From Oopsacas minuta (Eukaryota; Animalia; Porifera), in the NCBI GenBank assembly GCA_024704765.1, contig JAKMXF010000301.1, forward strand, positions 451,143-515,142: DNA of 64,000 nucleotides. The letters run 5' to 3'. Of this stretch, positions 61,401 to 64,000 are shown in pieces (the stretch's first letter is position 1; every line of letters begins with the position of its first letter). The notes beneath the pieces are model-generated. The model ran no database searches. It was not told the origin of the DNA and saw only the letters and a program-made list of their open reading frames with translations. The translations under genes were made by a program, and so were the position numbers.

Positions 61401-63792
61401 ACACTAAGGCAATGGTGCTGATTAATGGACTTGGACCAGGGATTGGGTAAGTCAGTTCTAAGGAAAAAATGGAGATATTATTAGTTGCAATAAAATTTAT
61501 ACGGTACATTTTTGGCCCGAATGTATATATTATTGATATTTGACATTACTCACAGTCTACATCTACAAACTATTTTCAGGACAAAATGACGTCATCTGTT
61601 TGCTTAGTTAGCAAATATGTCAGAAAAATGCTCCTGTTTTGGAACTACGTAGAGAGGAAATTCATACATTCACGGTTTCAAAATTTTTACCATAGAATAT
61701 ACGGATGTTGCTGTGCAAAATATAAAATTTTGTTATTATAAAGTTCTCGCGTTCCAGAGTTATAGTAGTGACCGTGGGTGACATATTTGAGCCAATACTC
61801 ATCCATAACTTGACATCCTTCAATGTTACGGCCAAACCTACTTACACACATATAGTATATACTCAACTTCCCATACCCTAATAATACATTTTGATATGAT
61901 ATCTCTGATGATTATGAAGCAATCTTGAAAATGACCATATATTGTATTAATGATGACTGGGCAGTATTCTTTGGAGATATCACACCAAAATGTATTATTA
62001 GGGTATGGGAAGTCGAGTATATACTATATGTGTCTAGTTTAGGCGTAAAAAATACTTCAAACGGGAGAAAAGACCCCGATTAAGAGACAAAAATTTTTCC
62101 AAAGCTCGCAGGGATTGGAAAAAGATTATATGGAGTGACGAATCCCCATTTGAAATATTTTGTAACATAAATTGACAGATTGATCAGGTGTGGGCTCAAA
62201 ATCAGAGCTAGTCGAAACAGGTCAAATTTCCAGCAAAGGTTCGCGTATGGGGAATGATATCCTATCGTGCCCTGAGCAAATTGATTATTGTTCATCCAAA
62301 ACAATTGATAATTGGAACTTATTATCGGGATTTTATCCTAGAAGAGTTGCTTGTCAGCTCTTGAGCGTAAAGCTGAAAATGGGTCAGTTCTTTAGAAATC
62401 AATGCACTCAAACATGTCAGAAGATTAATTTAGTAAACCCGACAAGATTTTGTATAGAAATTCCTACAGCTCAATGCAGATACATAAATACAAATCATAA
62501 ATCAATATTTTATGATTATAATCTAAAAATTACGTCATTAGTCGATCACCAAATTAATGATCGCAATTACAATTCCAATCCTTGCACCAAACATGATCGC
62601 GCTCACATCACGATTCTTTTTTCCGATCACATTCTGAAATTTATAAGCACCTCATATAGGGAGATGTTTATATTACCTGCAGCAGTCAGTCCGTCCGTGC
62701 GACCATGCGAAATCTACCAGTCCGATTGCCATGAAAATTAGTACATACATTTTGGGGTCTAAATTCGTAAATTTTCAAATTCTGTCTAAAAGATCGAAAA
62801 ATCTTTCGGGAAAAAATGATCCCGATCTTACAATCGATCACTGTTTGTGAAAAGATCAGTGATCATCCTCCGATCGTGAAAACAGATCGCGATCATGATC
62901 GCAAGATGCTATTGCCCTATGTAAAATATTGTCAATCATTCAATACTGAGATACAGTATTAGCTTACGGACAGTAAATATGATTGATAACTAAATAAATA
63001 AACAAGATGGGTCAGTTATGCGAGGTGATACTAATTAATGATACCTGCCTATATTTAAGAAATTTGGTAATAATACATATGTTAATTTATCAATCACCAT
63101 TGTAAAAGTTTGTACATAGAATTCTATACACTAAAGCAATGGTGTTGATTTATGGACTTGGACCAGGGATACATTAAGTCAGTGCTAAGGATTTTATTAG
63201 TGTGGTAAAATTTAAAGGGTACATTTTGGCCCTAATAAATGTATTATTGATTTTTGACATTACTCACAGTTTACATCTACAAACTATTTTAAGGACAAAA
63301 TGATCTGATTGCTTCCTTAGCATATATATCAGAAAAAAGCTCCAGTTTTGAAATTTTGTAGAGGAAATAATACATTTACGGTTTCAAAATTTAAACCATG
63401 GATTTGAAGGATTTTGCTATACAAAATATCATCATTTTGTCATTAAAGGTTTTCGCGTTCAAGAGTTATAGGAGTGATCTTGGATGGCATATTCTTGCCA
63501 ATATTCACCCATAACTTGACAACCTTAAATAGTATGACCAAATCACTTTACTGACATTTAGTATAAACCCGACTTCCTATACCCTAATAATATATTTTGT
63601 TATGATATCTCTGATGATTTATATGGCGCAATCTTGAAAAATGACAATATTATTTACGACTACGCAATATTCTTTGGAGATATCATATCAAATGTATTAT
63701 CAGAGTATAGGAAGTCTGGTATATACAATATGTCTGTTGGCCATTACATTGAAGGTTGTCAAGTTATGGGTGAATATTGACAAAAATATGCT
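61401..63792 (+). repeat. Two diverged direct copies (61401-62033; 63121-63792) of a repeat with an internal foldback hairpin
   Basis: Both copies start ATTCTATACACTAA(G/A)GCAATGGTG. Copy 1 has arms 61846-61905/61974-62033; copy 2 has longer arms, about 63487-63610/63677-63792. Confidence 0.8.
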
Positions 63793-64000
63793 TTCCACGT
63801 GACCTACGTTATAATAAGGCCTATTCACTAGTGCGATTTTTGGACCATGGATGTCGTTTAAGTTCATTAAACTTTATTTCAAATAATCATGTATTTGATG
63901 GTATTCACCCAAATCGTGAACTTAAAATTGTTCTTAAGCGATTTTGAAGACCATGGATGCATTTAAGTCCTTATTTTTACAATAAATGTTATAGTTAGAG

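Noticed and set aside
62190-62741. 183-aa ORF
   Set aside because: It runs across repeat junctions with no domain signature, so it is likely spurious.
62670-62750. GTCCGTCCGT plus CCGATTGCCATGAAAATT, reminiscent of Helentron-associated/DINE-like elements
   Set aside because: It is too short, and no subTIR or 3' hairpin was located.

Overview
AT-rich animal (metazoan) genomic DNA made up mostly of nested DNA transposons, with only two recognisable host genes. Both are intact and intronless and they face away from each other: MAN1B1 (ER alpha-1,2-mannosidase, GH47; 46284-47996, minus) and TAF2 (56190/56214-59297, plus). I could delimit these elements from TIRs and TSDs: a hAT-Buster (8181-13700), a RAG1-like/Transib element with CACAGTG ends inserted in it (8405-11710), a THAP/P-like element (16626-22314) carrying a young MULE whose intact transposase ends in an IAP/MDM2-type RING finger (16839-19096), a DD37D maT element (27322-28631), a Tigger/pogo (35806-39036) with a nested deleted MULE (36152-37149), a foldback element with 336-bp arms (41187-45672) with a near-intact Chapaev3 inserted in one arm (43246-45541), and an apparently intact Ginger2/TDD with three introns (49638-52606). 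Also present are degraded P, mariner, Tc1, Chapaev3 and CR1/L2-like LINE remnants and many MITEs. The top candidate is the RAG1-like transposon: RSS-heptamer termini, a degenerate 5-bp TSD, a RAG1 NBD-like segment, a D-D-E core, a CTT1-like Cys tail, one intron and no RAG2-like gene. The host species cannot be determined from the sequence. Intronless housekeeping genes with acceptor-like motifs just upstream of the ATG resemble intron-poor, trans-splicing animals such as hexactinellid sponges, but that is inference only. All homology calls come from motif recognition by eye; no database search was run.
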